A stretch of DNA of 64,000 nucleotides, from positions 13,332,001 to 13,396,000 of the forward strand of contig CM119372.1 in NCBI GenBank assembly GCA_051294905.1, written 5' to 3'. Positions within the stretch are counted from its first letter, which is position 1. Every line of letters starts with the position of its first letter. Source of the stretch: Botryllus schlosseri. Lineage: Eukaryota. This document shows positions 51,454 to 63,735 of this stretch, one piece after another. A model generated the notes under the pieces. That model did no database searches, was not told the origin of the DNA, and saw only the letters and a list, made by a program, of their open reading frames with translations. The position numbers and the translations under genes were made by a program.

Positions 51454-54320
51454 TCATATTGTTGAGATTGTTTCCATACCGTGGAACATATGGCACATCT
51501 TTCTTTTTCTCCACAATTGTGCATGTGCCAAATTAGGCGGTATGCGGCGACGAGGAATTTGCTTTGATCTTGCGTCCTTGATCGTCTCACCAGTTTTTAC
51601 GTACATCAGGATTGTAGCATTTTGTTGCGTGTCAATTATTAGCCCATCAGTATTTACCACACGTAATGCGTCGTCGTCGAATACTGTGCAGAATCCATCA
51701 TGATTTCCGGTATATGCGAGATAGTGGCCCGATGCACACGACGTACCATGATGGATTACTTTCCCTTTTAGCATATAATGGGATTTCAATCCATCTACTT
51801 CGAGATCCATTAAATCGGGTATCTGGACTGAGGTGATGTTTTTACCCTCTGGAGTTCCGCGACTGACATTTATCACCAGCATGTTGGGAAGGGTTCCAAA
51901 TACGACATGTTCGTCTACATCAGCGTGGCATTATAGGCATTTGCTGTTAGTATTAACACATTGACGAGGAAAATTTGTGATCAGGTCAGAAATATCACTG
52001 TCCTCTTCAAATGTATGTAAAACAACGGATAGCCGATGTTCTATGAACTTCGAGGGAAAATTGCAACGCTTGCAATTGACTTTGCGAACCAATCGAAATT
52101 TGGAAGTAACCCCCATCTGCTCCATCGCATCGCTCAAGTCTGTATCGAGAATTCTGGTGATGAACTCTCCGGCATCTTGCTGCGTGCCACAATCCCATCC
52201 AAACTTTGAACATATATCTGATACCAATTTTTCAATGTCAGATACGATGCAATGTCTGCGGCTATCTAAAGTCAATTGCATAATTAATTGCATGAAATCA
52301 GAGGTTATGGATGCGTACTCGGCATAGTTCATTGCTGCACCGATATGGCCTTTCAGACATAATGTCAAGCATTGGGTGGTAGCATTGAACCAACAAGAAT
52401 TTCCAATATTAGGCATACCTTTGGTGCAGGTGTTAGCGCAAAACGTATTGACAGCGATGTGTCTAATATCGCGGTGAACAGAATGTGACTGACTAACGAC
52501 TTGAAAACATATCCATTTTCGATACATGGTCAAAAATTTAATTACATCGGTACCTTCAGAAGGTTGATCGAGTCCGAAACAAACCCGATCCGCGACAACG
52601 CAAACGCCGCAGCTCTCAAGATCTGGCTGCTTAATCGGACATTTTCGTGAAAAAGAAACGACCTCGCACTTGGTGAAGTTTTGCAGCTCGGGCATTAAAT
52701 GTTCATTAATAGCCCAGTTAAGACCTTCGATCACGTGGTCAATGGAATCGTATAATGTAATAGAATTGTCATGTGAATCAAATACAATCAGATAGAAATG
52801 CCTTTCCCAAACTAATGGATAAAGTCGCGTCATGAAAGCACAATGCCCCTCCTCGCCATCTCATCAGTCTAAGCCAGGGGTGGGCAAACTTTTGAGCTCG
52901 CGCGTCGCATTCAACATCTGAATCCATTCGCGGGCCGCACTATATAAAATTGGCATTTGAACAGCTTCTTGGAGGTACATACCTTCAGTACAAATTGACA
53001 TTGTAAACCGAAACTCAATATTGGTATTTGATTATATAGTAAGGACGTGGAGATAATATACATGCTTATTTAAAACAATCCAAGCAGTGCTTTGATGATA
53101 TCGTACACCCGTCAGAAACAGTGACGAGATTTCATAGGCTGGTCGACCTCAATAACCAATTTGTTAAACTATACAGATGAAAGTCGGTTGTCCCGATTCT
53201 TAGATCAGGATTGAAATTTAAATCTGTGAGCATATATTTGCTAATTCCACTTTTGGTTCAGTTCCAGGACCAGGACACACAATACTGACAGCACAATGAC
53301 CATGTTAGCTTCAAACACGCTTCTACTACAAAAAATATAAATATACCCTATTTCTACGCATACAGAGAACGAATAATATAACTCTAAGACACGCGCGAAT
53401 CGTTTTTTTATAATAAGCACATCACGGAAATAGTTAAAACTGGAGTGGCCAATCTGAAATCACACTCGTGATCCTAATTATGTCAATCTCGTTTAGGATT
53501 TCTGTGATGTTTAGCAGTTGAAACCTTTCAAACTGCGTGGGCCTTGCGTGGGCCTTGAAATTACACATATAATGTAATACAATATATAATAATAAAATAA
53601 TATAGGAAGTATTTACCGTAGAATAGTGGTTCTCAAACTTTGTAAGACACGCCCTCCTTATAAAGGTTACAGATTTATCGCCCCCTCATCGGCATATCAC
53701 AAAACGCAAACAGGATGCTAGCAAACCTAACGGATAGTTTGATGGCATTGAAGGTTACGACTGTGGATGAGAGATTTCTAAATATGAAATTCAGACAAAA
53801 TATAGAGCAATAATTATTAATGGGAAGGAAATCGCGCCGTGCGCGAAAAAAAATTTCAGTTGAGCTCAGCTTCGCGCCCCCTTCAGATGCTTTCATGCCC
53901 CCAAGGGGGGCGCGCTCTCCCCAGTTAGAGAAACACTGCCTTACAATTATCATGGTGAAGTATACTAAGATCAAGTACCTGCATTAATTCGATTTTTTGT
54001 ACGCATTTCATCAATATTTTTAATGAGTTTCTGTAGACTCTCGCGGGCCGCACAGAACGGTGTGGAGGGCCGCATGCGGCCCGCGGGCCGTAGTTTGCCC
54101 ACCCCTGGTCTAAGCGGTGCTCTATAAAAATGCTATTCTAGCCGTGCTACAAGTCGGCAGTTAATATATATGAAATAAATATGAAAAAATGGCCTTGTGT
54201 AAATGACCATAGTGGCTGACAAACACCATGAACACCTCAAGCAAACAAAGACTGAACATATTGAAGATCAGCCAATTACCAACGCCTAAAATGTCTAATA
54301 TTTCAAAGCTTTGCATTTCA
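51454..54320 (-). pseudogene. Decayed Ulp1/SENP-like (C48) plus USP-like (C19) cysteine protease fusion, interrupted by a hAT insertion
   Basis: C48 motifs: ILGVGNWL (about 54270), PLVWERHFYLIVFD...ITLYDS, KQPDLESCGV. C19 motifs: GMPNIGNSCWFNATTQCL, QQDAGEF, CKRC, CL*C (in-frame TAA at 51931-51933), LPNMLVINVSR, YMLKGKVIHHG..SGHYLAY..FDD, ILMY. Confidence 0.85.
52875..54107. mobile_element. hAT element inserted into the protease gene, with a nested MITE at about 53625-53938
   Basis: CAGGGGTGGGCAAAC...GTTTGCCCACCCCTG, perfect TSD GTCTAAGC. Confidence 0.92.
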
Positions 54321-54321
54321 T

Positions 54322-55360
54322 TTTGAGTGTCCTAATTGTCGATTGAAACTGACCGAAAATCGAATTGGACAAAAAGTCGTATTTGACGCAAAATCGTGCA
54401 TTTTGATCCTCAAAAAGTACGCAATTTCTCAACTTTTTGACATTATCGTTAATATCATGATGTAATACTTATCCCAATATATAACATATCCGAAGCAGAG
54501 GGCGCGCCGTTATATTTTAGGTGTCCTAATTGTCGATTGAAACTGACCGAAAATCGAATTGGAGGAAAAGTCGTATTTGACGCAAAATCATGCATTTTGA
54601 TCCTCAAAAAGTACGCAATTTCTCAACTTTTTGATATTATCGTTAATATCATGATGTAATACCTATCCGGATATATGACATATCCGAAGCAGAGGGCACG
54701 CCGTTATATTTTAGGTGTCCTAATTGTCGATTGAAACTGACTGAAAATCGAATCTGACGAAAAGTCGTATTTGACGCCAAATCATGCATTTTGATCATCA
54801 AAAAGTACGCAATTTCTCAACTTTTTGATATTATCGTTAATACTATGATGTGATAATTATCTAGATATATAACATATCCGAAGCAGAGGGCACGCCGTTA
54901 CATTTTGGGTGTCCTAATTGTCGATTGAAACTGACCGAAAATCGAATTGGAGGAAAAGTCGTATTTGACGCAAAATCGTGCATTTTGATCCTCAAAAAGT
55001 ACGCAATTTCTCAACTTTTTGATATTATCGTTAATATCATGATGTAATACCTATCCGGATATATGACATATCCGAAGCAGAGGGCACGCCGTTATATTTT
55101 AGGTGTCCTAATTGTCGATTGAAACTAACCGAAAATCTAATTTGACGAAAATTCGTATTTGACGCAAAATTGTGCATTTTGATCCTTGAAAAGTACGCAA
55201 TTTCTCAACTTTTTGATATTAACGTAAATACTATGATGTAATACATATCTAGATATATAACATATCCAAAGCAGAGGGCACGCCGTTATATTTTAGGTGT
55301 CCTAATTGTCGATTGAAACTGACCGAAAATCCAATTGGACGAAAAGTCGTATTTGACGAA
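54322..55360 (-). repeat. 194-bp tandem array, about 5.5 units (right TIR, inverted)
   Basis: Anchor CCTAATTGTC at 54331, 54525, 54719, 54913, 55107 and 55301. Confidence 0.95.
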
Positions 55361-56393
55361 TATATAAAATGTTCGAAGCAGAAGAAACGCCGTTGCTTTT
55401 TTGTTTTAACTGTTTATTTAATAATTCATAAAATACTGTATTATTACTGTCGACCTATACTAAAGAAGAACATGACGTGAATCGCAATAATCGTAAGCAT
55501 TTGTTTTCTGATGTGCTCAAGACACATAGTGTGCAATGCGATGCAGGTGATCGGCAGGAAGATGTTGCATTTACCTATTATGGCATTTTAATCCAAAACG
55601 ACTTGAGCCAATTGGCCGATATAGCCTAACAGTGTTGGATAGCCTGTCTTCGATAAATATTATTATTTTTACTTTTTTTCTCCTCGATATCACGTATAAT
55701 CATTTGTGGAGTCTGTTTCCGGGCCTCTCGCTGCCTCAAGAAATAGTCACACATGGGGGAAGGAACACAAATTAACCTCTGATGCTTCGGCTACAGGCGA
55801 GAATCGAAATAGGTCCGCCTGCGTAGATTACGTTACGGCTGAAAATTTAGATGCCATAAGTACTACCTGGCGGTTGTAAAATGAAGCACTCCTTCAAGTT
55901 TCGATTATATATTGTATTGATCATACCGTTTGCGCCATTTATTGATAAAACTCGTGTGTTTCAGTTCGTTGGCACTCCAATTCTGTTGCGAAATTGTTTT
56001 TCCGGTTATAATATTTGATTTTAGCACAAGTGAATCATTTAAACAATAATGACTCAGTGATTTCCGAACTATGACGTAAGCAATTTCTGGCAGAATCACA
56101 GTGGTTCCAGTCCAGTCTCAAGCTCGTGCGTCTAACGAGAGATAACTAGCATGGAACGAATTCATCACCTATTGACCTTACTAACACCAGAGACGAGCAT
56201 GGATTAGGATTTGAAAAAAACGGATTTGTGAAATCTTGTCGGATTTGGATAGGAATTAAAGATTTTTCTCTGAACGGATTAGGATTTGGATTGGAGCAGC
56301 CGATTTTCTTGGAGATTGATATGTCGTGTGACGTTGCGAATGGCGACAAACTTTATTGAGATCAGTTATGAATGTACTTATGGCACATTATAC

Positions 56394-59300
56394 CTGTGTT
56401 CTTCAACCTTTTTCGTCGTGGTACACCCTTTTAAGTTTTACTTGTAACTGGTACACCCCTGACCGGATAACTCATTGATTCCGTATAGTAAGCCTAAGCC
56501 TAGACCAGGGTGTTCAACCTCCTTGTTATTCACTGCCGTGCTTCGATTCCTTACATAGCATACTACCGCCTTCCGGCGTAGAGTCGTAATGGCCCATCTG
56601 AACGTCATATAATCAGGACTCGAACTGCCGCACCCCAAACCCGTCGATTGGAGGGGGGAGGGGCGAGATCGAAGGGGTCCCAAACTTATTTCTTGAATAA
56701 ACATAAATTATCGAGTATATTTTTGTTCAACTTCCTTCAATTTTATTCACCCTACGCTCGATTTAATGTCAAATTTCTTGATTATTGGGTAGCCTTCCCC
56801 AAGAAAAAATATCCAAGATTAATAGCAATGGGCTTTTCGGTGTCGGGCATTACCGCGCCACGACGCTCCAAGACATATGAAGTTTTAGGCCATGTAACAA
56901 AATGCGACCCTAGACGTGTGCCAGAATGATCGCCAGCGAGAAAACATTGGTCAAAAAGGACCGCCATAGTGCAGACTGAAAACTCGAGGGGCCCTACATT
57001 TTCCAAAACATTTCATTTTGATTGTAAATCTTAAAGTAAATCTGATTATGGTACCTGGGCAGAGAGAGAAAATAACAAAACATATAACAACATGTATGAA
57101 ATTTTTGATATTATTGACAGATTCAATCACGAATTATAGAAAATTTCACGCCTCGCGCAATCTTACGCTATAAACTAGCCAAATAACGTGTATAAAAAAT
57201 TTCGCTGACAAAGTAGCGGTTATATAGACCGTGATGAGGGGTCTACTGTTTGGTTTATGACGCTATGAGGGCCCAAGACCAACGTTTTTTTAGGGGGCTG
57301 ACGAAGTGCTGTTTCGGCCCTGCATATACTGATGTTAAATTGGCTACTGGCAACTTCACACCGCGGAGAGCGCTTGTGGTCAGACTTGGACAACTAGAAA
57401 ATTTTCAGCTTTTCTAAATTAGATTAGAATTAGAATTACAGCTACATATTTTTTTTCCATTCCCATTACACGAGATCCTCGTCTAAAGGAAACATCTACT
57501 TACCCCCACCCATTAGCAACCTAACTAAGAGATCTATCGACTACTCGGGACCTATCATCTGGAATGCATTACCACCACATATCCGTGAATTGCCTTATAA
57601 TAGATTCAAAAAAGCCCTACTTGATCACCTCTTGTCGTTACACTAACACTGTTGCCCTACCTCGCCCAGACATTGCTTCATTGATCATTTGCCACCATTG
57701 TTTAATTTTTTTTTCTATTTTCCTTTAACTAAACATTTCTTTACAGCCAGACTGTTCAGAGTCAAGTGTACCTGTTTGATGCTGGTGTGATCAGACTAGA
57801 TGACCTTCACGGTCTTATCGATCATTCCTATCTAATACCGAATACTGTGCACGCATATTTTCTGTACCACCATCACTGCCGTTTGTTATGTATTTTGGTT
57901 CGATGAAAATATAGACTCTCTCTCTCTCTCTCTCTCCAAATTAGATTAGAATTAGAATTAGAGCTACAAAATTTTTCCAAGTTAGATTAGAATTAGAATT
58001 AAAGCTTCACATCTTTTCCAAATTAGATCAGAATTTGAATTAGAGCTATACAGTTTTTTTTCAAATTAGATTAGAATTAGAAGTAGAATTTCTGAATTTG
58101 CAAAAAGTTGAAAATTGAATGAAATTGTGAATTATAAATAAATACAGCGAAAATCAAGCTCAGTTCATATCAAATCACAGTGCATTCTCATAAACATGAG
58201 AATGGTTAACGTCTGTACATCAAGCTTGTCTCGTTTTGCACTATACCACGGGTCACCAACACGCGGACCACATGCGGCCAACAATCTGATTTGCGATTTT
58301 TAAAGAACACGATAAACAATTTGAAATGCTGAAGTTGATTCCAAGTATCAAATTATTGTAGTTGCTTCAAAATAATTCATTCACCTGTGCCAAACACCAC
58401 TATTCCTCACTAGCTGAAATGGCTTCGGCCATGGAAACATTATTGGAGAGTAAGCTGATATGAGCATATTGTCTTGACGTAAAATGGCCCAGACACTGCC
58501 AAGACCGAGACGCTTAGAAAACCGCCTATGGCTTTCCCACAAGATCAATCTTTAGGATGAGATAGTCTTTCAGCTAGCAACATGTCTGCATATCCCCAAT
58601 ATAGATTCATTAGTCTCTGAAAAGCCTGATCAGGTATCGTGCGCAGCTTATAGTTCAAAATAATATGAAGTTTATGATCACGATATTTCATGTTTTATAT
58701 GTGTTTCCTTAATAGAATGTTACTTCTTTTGTAGTAACCAAGCCCATCGCCCATGTTAGTGAGCACGGCGTTGTACTAACGTAAAGCTTAAACATGGTTG
58801 CTCAACTATGTGTGGGCTATTTCGTCTCGATATTGCATTATTGCTTGGCTCTCTTGCATGGCTGTAAAAAAGCTAATATTCCAGTCATGCTTACGAGTTC
58901 TCGAGCAGCAACCTTAATATATGGAAAACGATTTTCTCCTTTCCAGTAACTCAAAAACATCGCAGTCCATGATCTCATGCTCTGCTTCGAAATCTCTTTC
59001 CACTTCATCATTCTCTAATATATTTTCTTTGGTTAGATCAAAAGCAATCATCCTCTTTTTACTTGATGTAGTTATGGGCATGAAAGTGATCAAGGTTGCT
59101 GTGTTAACTATCTCTTTTCCTTCGCCGCTGTGCTGTTTGTGATCGAAACTAGACTTTTGTTCTCAGACCACAAGCTACTATGCCAGCATGGCTATTGTTC
59201 GTCACGATAAATGCAATGAAAGTCGCTTCGACACCTTCCTATATTTTCATTGTATCGCATTTTGTGGTGTATTGAACTAATAAAAATTGCTAATAAACCA

Positions 59301-60744
59301 ATAATGATGATGATGGTGCGGTGTATGGAAGTAATGCGATGGCGCCTTGGCACTGGATTTTCCTGTGCAAGAGGGATATTCTTGTTAACTCGCTGCAAAA
59401 TGCCGTGGGCAAAGAGGCATTTTAAGGAAAACAATAAATTCGATTCGAAACTAAAACTAGAGCATAGAAACATTTCAGTAATTAGATTAGAATTAGAATT
59501 AGAGCATAGGGTCATTTTACAAATTAGACTAGAATTAGAATTAGATCACAGAAACATTTCACAAATTAGATTAGAATTAGATTTCTGGCATTTCGCTCCA
59601 ATTTAGTAGAATTAGACAACTTTAATTATCTAGTTGTCCAAGTCTGCTTGTGGTGTTCTGCGCCATCACTGATTTCTTGAGGTATACCTTGCATATATAA
59701 ATTTTTAATTGCAACAGTAGTCGCCCGGGCGCTAAAAACTTTTATATGTGGGAGATTTATTTCGTCTATAATATGGGTACTTCCGTATATTACTGTAAAC
59801 TATTTATCCATTCTTGGCACTCGAGAATGATTAAGCGATGGAGCTGGTGGAGGGGTGTGGCATACACGCATACGAATCCGTCTTTATGGGGTGCATCGTT
59901 TTCCTTTACGGTTTGCATTTGTTCGGTGGGGCTCAGATTACACTATATATAAAATACGAAAGATCCTGGTCCCCTGAATCGCACAAGCGTGAATAAAATT
60001 TTCAAGTTTAAAATCTCTCAAAGATTTGAGAACCTATTCGTTAATTAAAATTTCATATTAACGGACGCCAAAAAACGCTCTAATTTAATTAATATGTTCT
60101 GCATAAATATTGTTTAACGGCTGCATGCGACCGTATGTCTGCAGGTGCTGGCCTAGTGAAATAAGGATGAGCAATCCTGCAACGTATTTGAAATGCTAAA
60201 TACTAATCAGGGCTCGAGGATCCGGCCACCAGCTAGCATGGTGGTTCTCAAACTAGACCCCCTCGAGACACCCTGGCTACGCACCTGTAATTATGTACAC
60301 TGCGCTATTTATAAGGAGCTCACATAAAGTACAAATTCAATATTTCTGAACCGTCGCAGTGGTTTCCTTAAGCATCATTATAGACGGATAATGCAAGCGG
60401 AACACATGTCATCTCCATCCTTTTCTACTACAAAAGGAATCAAAAAGTCCATACCAACATTTAAGTGATGTGTACAAACATATGCTTATGGTACATCAAA
60501 AGGAATATAGCTTACAAGCTCGTACAGCTGATATGAACATATCTTACGATAATGCACGCCCGGTCAACATACTGATGTTCTGAAGCATATAATTGCCTGT
60601 TTATTGTGATAGCTATATAGTCATCGGTCCATTTTAATTCGGATCTGGCACACCCCTGTACACCCCATGTGAGTGGTACACCCTTTTAAAATTTTGGTAC
60701 ACCCTAGGCCTAGGGTGTACGAAAACCCCGGTTGAAGAGCACTG
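56394..60744. mobile_element. hAT-type element containing several nested insertions; itself inside a GGATT-repeat element at about 56188-61486
   Basis: CTGTGTTCTTCAACC...GGTTGAAGAGCACTG, TSD CATTATAC, GGTACACCC subterminal motifs. Confidence 0.75.
57381..59646. mobile_element. hAT deletion derivative with (AATTAG)n subterminal repeats and a transposase dimerisation-domain remnant
   Basis: CAGACTTGGACAACTAG...CTAGTTGTCCAAGTCTG, TSD CTTGTGGT. The minus strand at about 58885-58965 reads LSYWKGENRFPYIKVAARELVSM (hATC-like). Contains a LINE 3' fragment at about 57450-57935 ending in (CT)n. Confidence 0.85.
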
Positions 60745-60985
60745 CATTATACTATCATAGCAACTTACAAAGTTGTATATTGCTAGTGCCAGTGAACATG
60801 AGAGGTGCAGCCCTATGCTAAGTATTAGGATTTGGATTGGATTCACCGATTTTCAGGGAGATTGATATGTCGTGTGGCGAATGGCGGCAAACTTTATTCA
60901 GATCAGTTATTAATGTACTCATGGTACACTACACGATGGTACACTCGGTGCCAATGAACATGAGAGTTGCAGCCCAATGCTAAGG

Positions 60986-61279
60986 TAGGGTTACCATATT
61001 ATGGTAATCTGAATAGAGGACACTTTTTCAGAATTTTCAGACTTTCAAAACCGGCGGAAAATCCTGAAAAATGGTAAATTTTTCACATTTCGTGTTCGGT
61101 TGACTAAAAAAAGTCATCTCCTGCTCAGCTCCCGAAATACCCGCCTGAGCGTTACTCCGGCGCTGATTTACGGCATATCAGTCGATTTTGGCTGTAAATT
61201 TGACCTACATTGTCAAAAAAGAGGACAAAATATCAAAAAGAGGACAGATCCTCTCGAAAGAGGACGTATGGTAACCCTA
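60986..61279. mobile_element. hAT MITE
   Basis: TAGGGTTACCATA...TATGGTAACCCTA, TSD TGCTAAGG. Confidence 0.9.
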
Positions 61280-62403
61280 TGCTAAGGTATCTTAAATCAA
61301 GAAAATTGTTGGTTGTGAAAGAAAAATGCATAAATTAGCATTTGTTCTGAATCTCAAGTTAGAATTGGATTAGGATTGGACGCGGATTTGAATATACAAA
61401 AGTTATGGATTAGGATTTGGATTATAATTTGAAGCTTCGGATATGGATTGATTAGGACATGGAAATTCCAAATCCGCTCATATCTGTAGCCTACCCATGG
61501 CCCACGTGGACAATGGACATGCTTTACTGTGGTCCGCACCGTAATTTTCGAAATAAGCTCTGTTATCAAAAAATTGATTGCCCACATAATTAATCGTGAA
61601 ATTGCAAGGTCAGCAAATAATATGATTACCATGACCTTGGCGTATTTGGGGTGTAAAAATTTTCGTTTGCGCTTCGCGCGATTTAGTTCCACAATATCGT
61701 ATTGCCTTTAGTCCACGTCGTCCAATTATCATACAATCGACCGAAAAAATCATCGCTCAATCAAATATGCCGGACCCGACGTGTGGAACAGTATCCCGCC
61801 GGCTATCCGACAGAGGGCATGTCCAATGTCCATGTCCATAAGTCGAAATACAAGCAAATAATGAATACTAGTCAAGTCAGCCCTAATCATTTACCGGACC
61901 ACGAACTGACATATCGATCTCGTCTTCCGTCACATGCCACCTGATATTGTCGCTTATCATTTTATATTATCATCTTTTACTTTCATTCAGAGTGCATGCC
62001 TCTTATTTACATCGCTTAGGCCAAGGTGGGTGTATGATTTTAACAGTGGCGGCTCGTCCTATAGGGCAACTGGGGCATTGCCCCACCTAAAATTCTGTTC
62101 AATAACAGTTCTTTACCATTTATAGACGCACAGCAATCTATATATACCGAAATCACAGCAAAAATCGTATTCTTCTTGTCCTTTCGCTTGTAAATGCCCA
62201 TATATATAGCGAAGTCTCTGCGAAAATCGAATTCTCTTCTTGTTTTCGCTTTGCAAATGCCTAGCCGGGGCATGCCCCGGTAGCGCTCATAACAAGCTTT
62301 CACTGTCTATTCTCTCAAACCTGCGCACAATAAAGAAACAGTGATTTACTCTCTCCTATTCATAAAATGACCGAGCAACCGGGGCAACATAGCCTGCTCG
62401 CCC

Positions 62404-63735
62404 TTAAGGTGTGATGTAACAATCGTATCTATATCAGAACTCGGCTACCGTCATATGCGTTTAGTCGACCTTTGCTGGTATAGGTCGATTTTGATGGTGT
62501 TTCACACCATGATAATTCTTGAAACTTGGTATGTCATGTCGTGATGGTGGTATTTAACATTGTCCCAAGTTTCAGGGTTTCTACTTAAAGTTTAGGGTAG
62601 TAATTCCGTTTCCGAAGTTGAGTGTGTGCTGATTCGTCATGTATCGCAAACAGATTTTACTCAAAAGCCGGTATTGGTATCCATTGATTTTGACGATGTT
62701 CCATACCGAGATCGGTCATGACATTTGGTACGGTAAGTCTTAATGTTAGTATTGAACGCGGTACCAAGTTTCAAGTTTGTCACTGTACTGTGTTAGTGGT
62801 AATTTCGTTTCGTAAGTCGAGTGAGAGCTGACTCGTCATTTATCGCAAACATATTTTACGCAAAGCCGGTATTGGTCTCCATTGATTTTAACGATGCTCC
62901 TTACCTAGATCCGTCATGAGCTTTTGCATGGTATGTCTTGATTTTAGTATCGAACGCTGTGCCGAGTCTCAAGGTTGGCACTCAATGATTAGGGCAGCAA
63001 TTTCGTTATCAAGGTCGAGTATGGTAAAGAGTGCGCTGATCTGACACTTAGCCTACCTAACGCATTGCGGATTTCACGCAAAAGTCGGCGTATCTGTGTT
63101 AACGCTAACTGTGTCCCATACTGAGATAAGTGATGAGATGATGATATCATGAAACAGTTTACTAACATCCTCGGTTTGCATTCAAATATTTACTTTTTTT
63201 TTATATTCTCCAATGTCAATTTTGACCGTGAAATTGTGGCCTTCAGACCATTTGCTTACAATTACAACCCCTGTCAAGCGCGATAGCTGTTTCGTTTTCG
63301 ATGGCGGCTAACAGCTGATCGCTTGATCATTGATCAGCCTATTCCTCATTAAATTTTACGCAAAATTCGGTGTTGGTCTGTTTGTAATAATTTTGACAGT
63401 GTACCATACCGAAAACGGTCATGAGGCTACTTCTCGATGATTTCATGTAACAGTGTACCAAGTTTTCGGCTTTCATCCACGTATTTATTCGGTAATATAT
63501 TTTCCAAAGGCGATTTTGCAGCAGACATATAGACCGTAAGCCGTATGTGTCGTGTGACAGTCTCCAGCATCAAGGCCAAAATATCTCCTATGCTGTATCG
63601 GGACCGAATTTCCGAGGCTGCTATCCGTAGTTCTTCAGAATTATGTTTTGGATTCAATATGACATTGTCCAATCTATGAGATAACAATTGCGTATGTGTC
63701 CGAACTCGTTGACCTTTCCAGCTAGGCTTACGCAA
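62404..63735 (-). mobile_element. Probable end of an unclassified large DNA transposon, with about 199-bp degenerate subterminal repeats and a terminal ORF fragment
   Basis: CCAAGTTTCA..GTAATT..TCGTCAT..ATCGCAAAC..GCCGGTATTGG units recur at about 62565, 62764 and 62962. ORF 63427-63735 points toward this end. No family recognised. Confidence 0.4.

Larger units (their letters stand above)
48933..56105. mobile_element. Large foldback-like DNA element with about 2-kb TIRs carrying a protease pseudogene (FB2)
   Basis: Ends ACCACTGTGATTCTGCCAGAAA / TTTCTGGCAGAATCACAGTGGT with 8-bp TSD TCCAGTCC (48925-48932, 56106-56113). Each TIR has about 740 bp of unique, near-identical sequence followed by inverted 194-bp arrays. 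Confidence 0.92.

Noticed and set aside
48935..56103. CACTGTG/CACAGTG ends resembling an RSS heptamer (Transib/ProtoRAG)
   Set aside because: There is no 5-bp TSD at those positions, the TIR extends further out, an 8-bp TSD fits, and no RAG-like sequence is present.
48933..56105. Polinton/Maverick interpretation (long TIRs plus cysteine protease)
   Set aside because: No AG/AGT-repeat termini or 6-bp TSD, and no polB, integrase or capsid remnants were seen.
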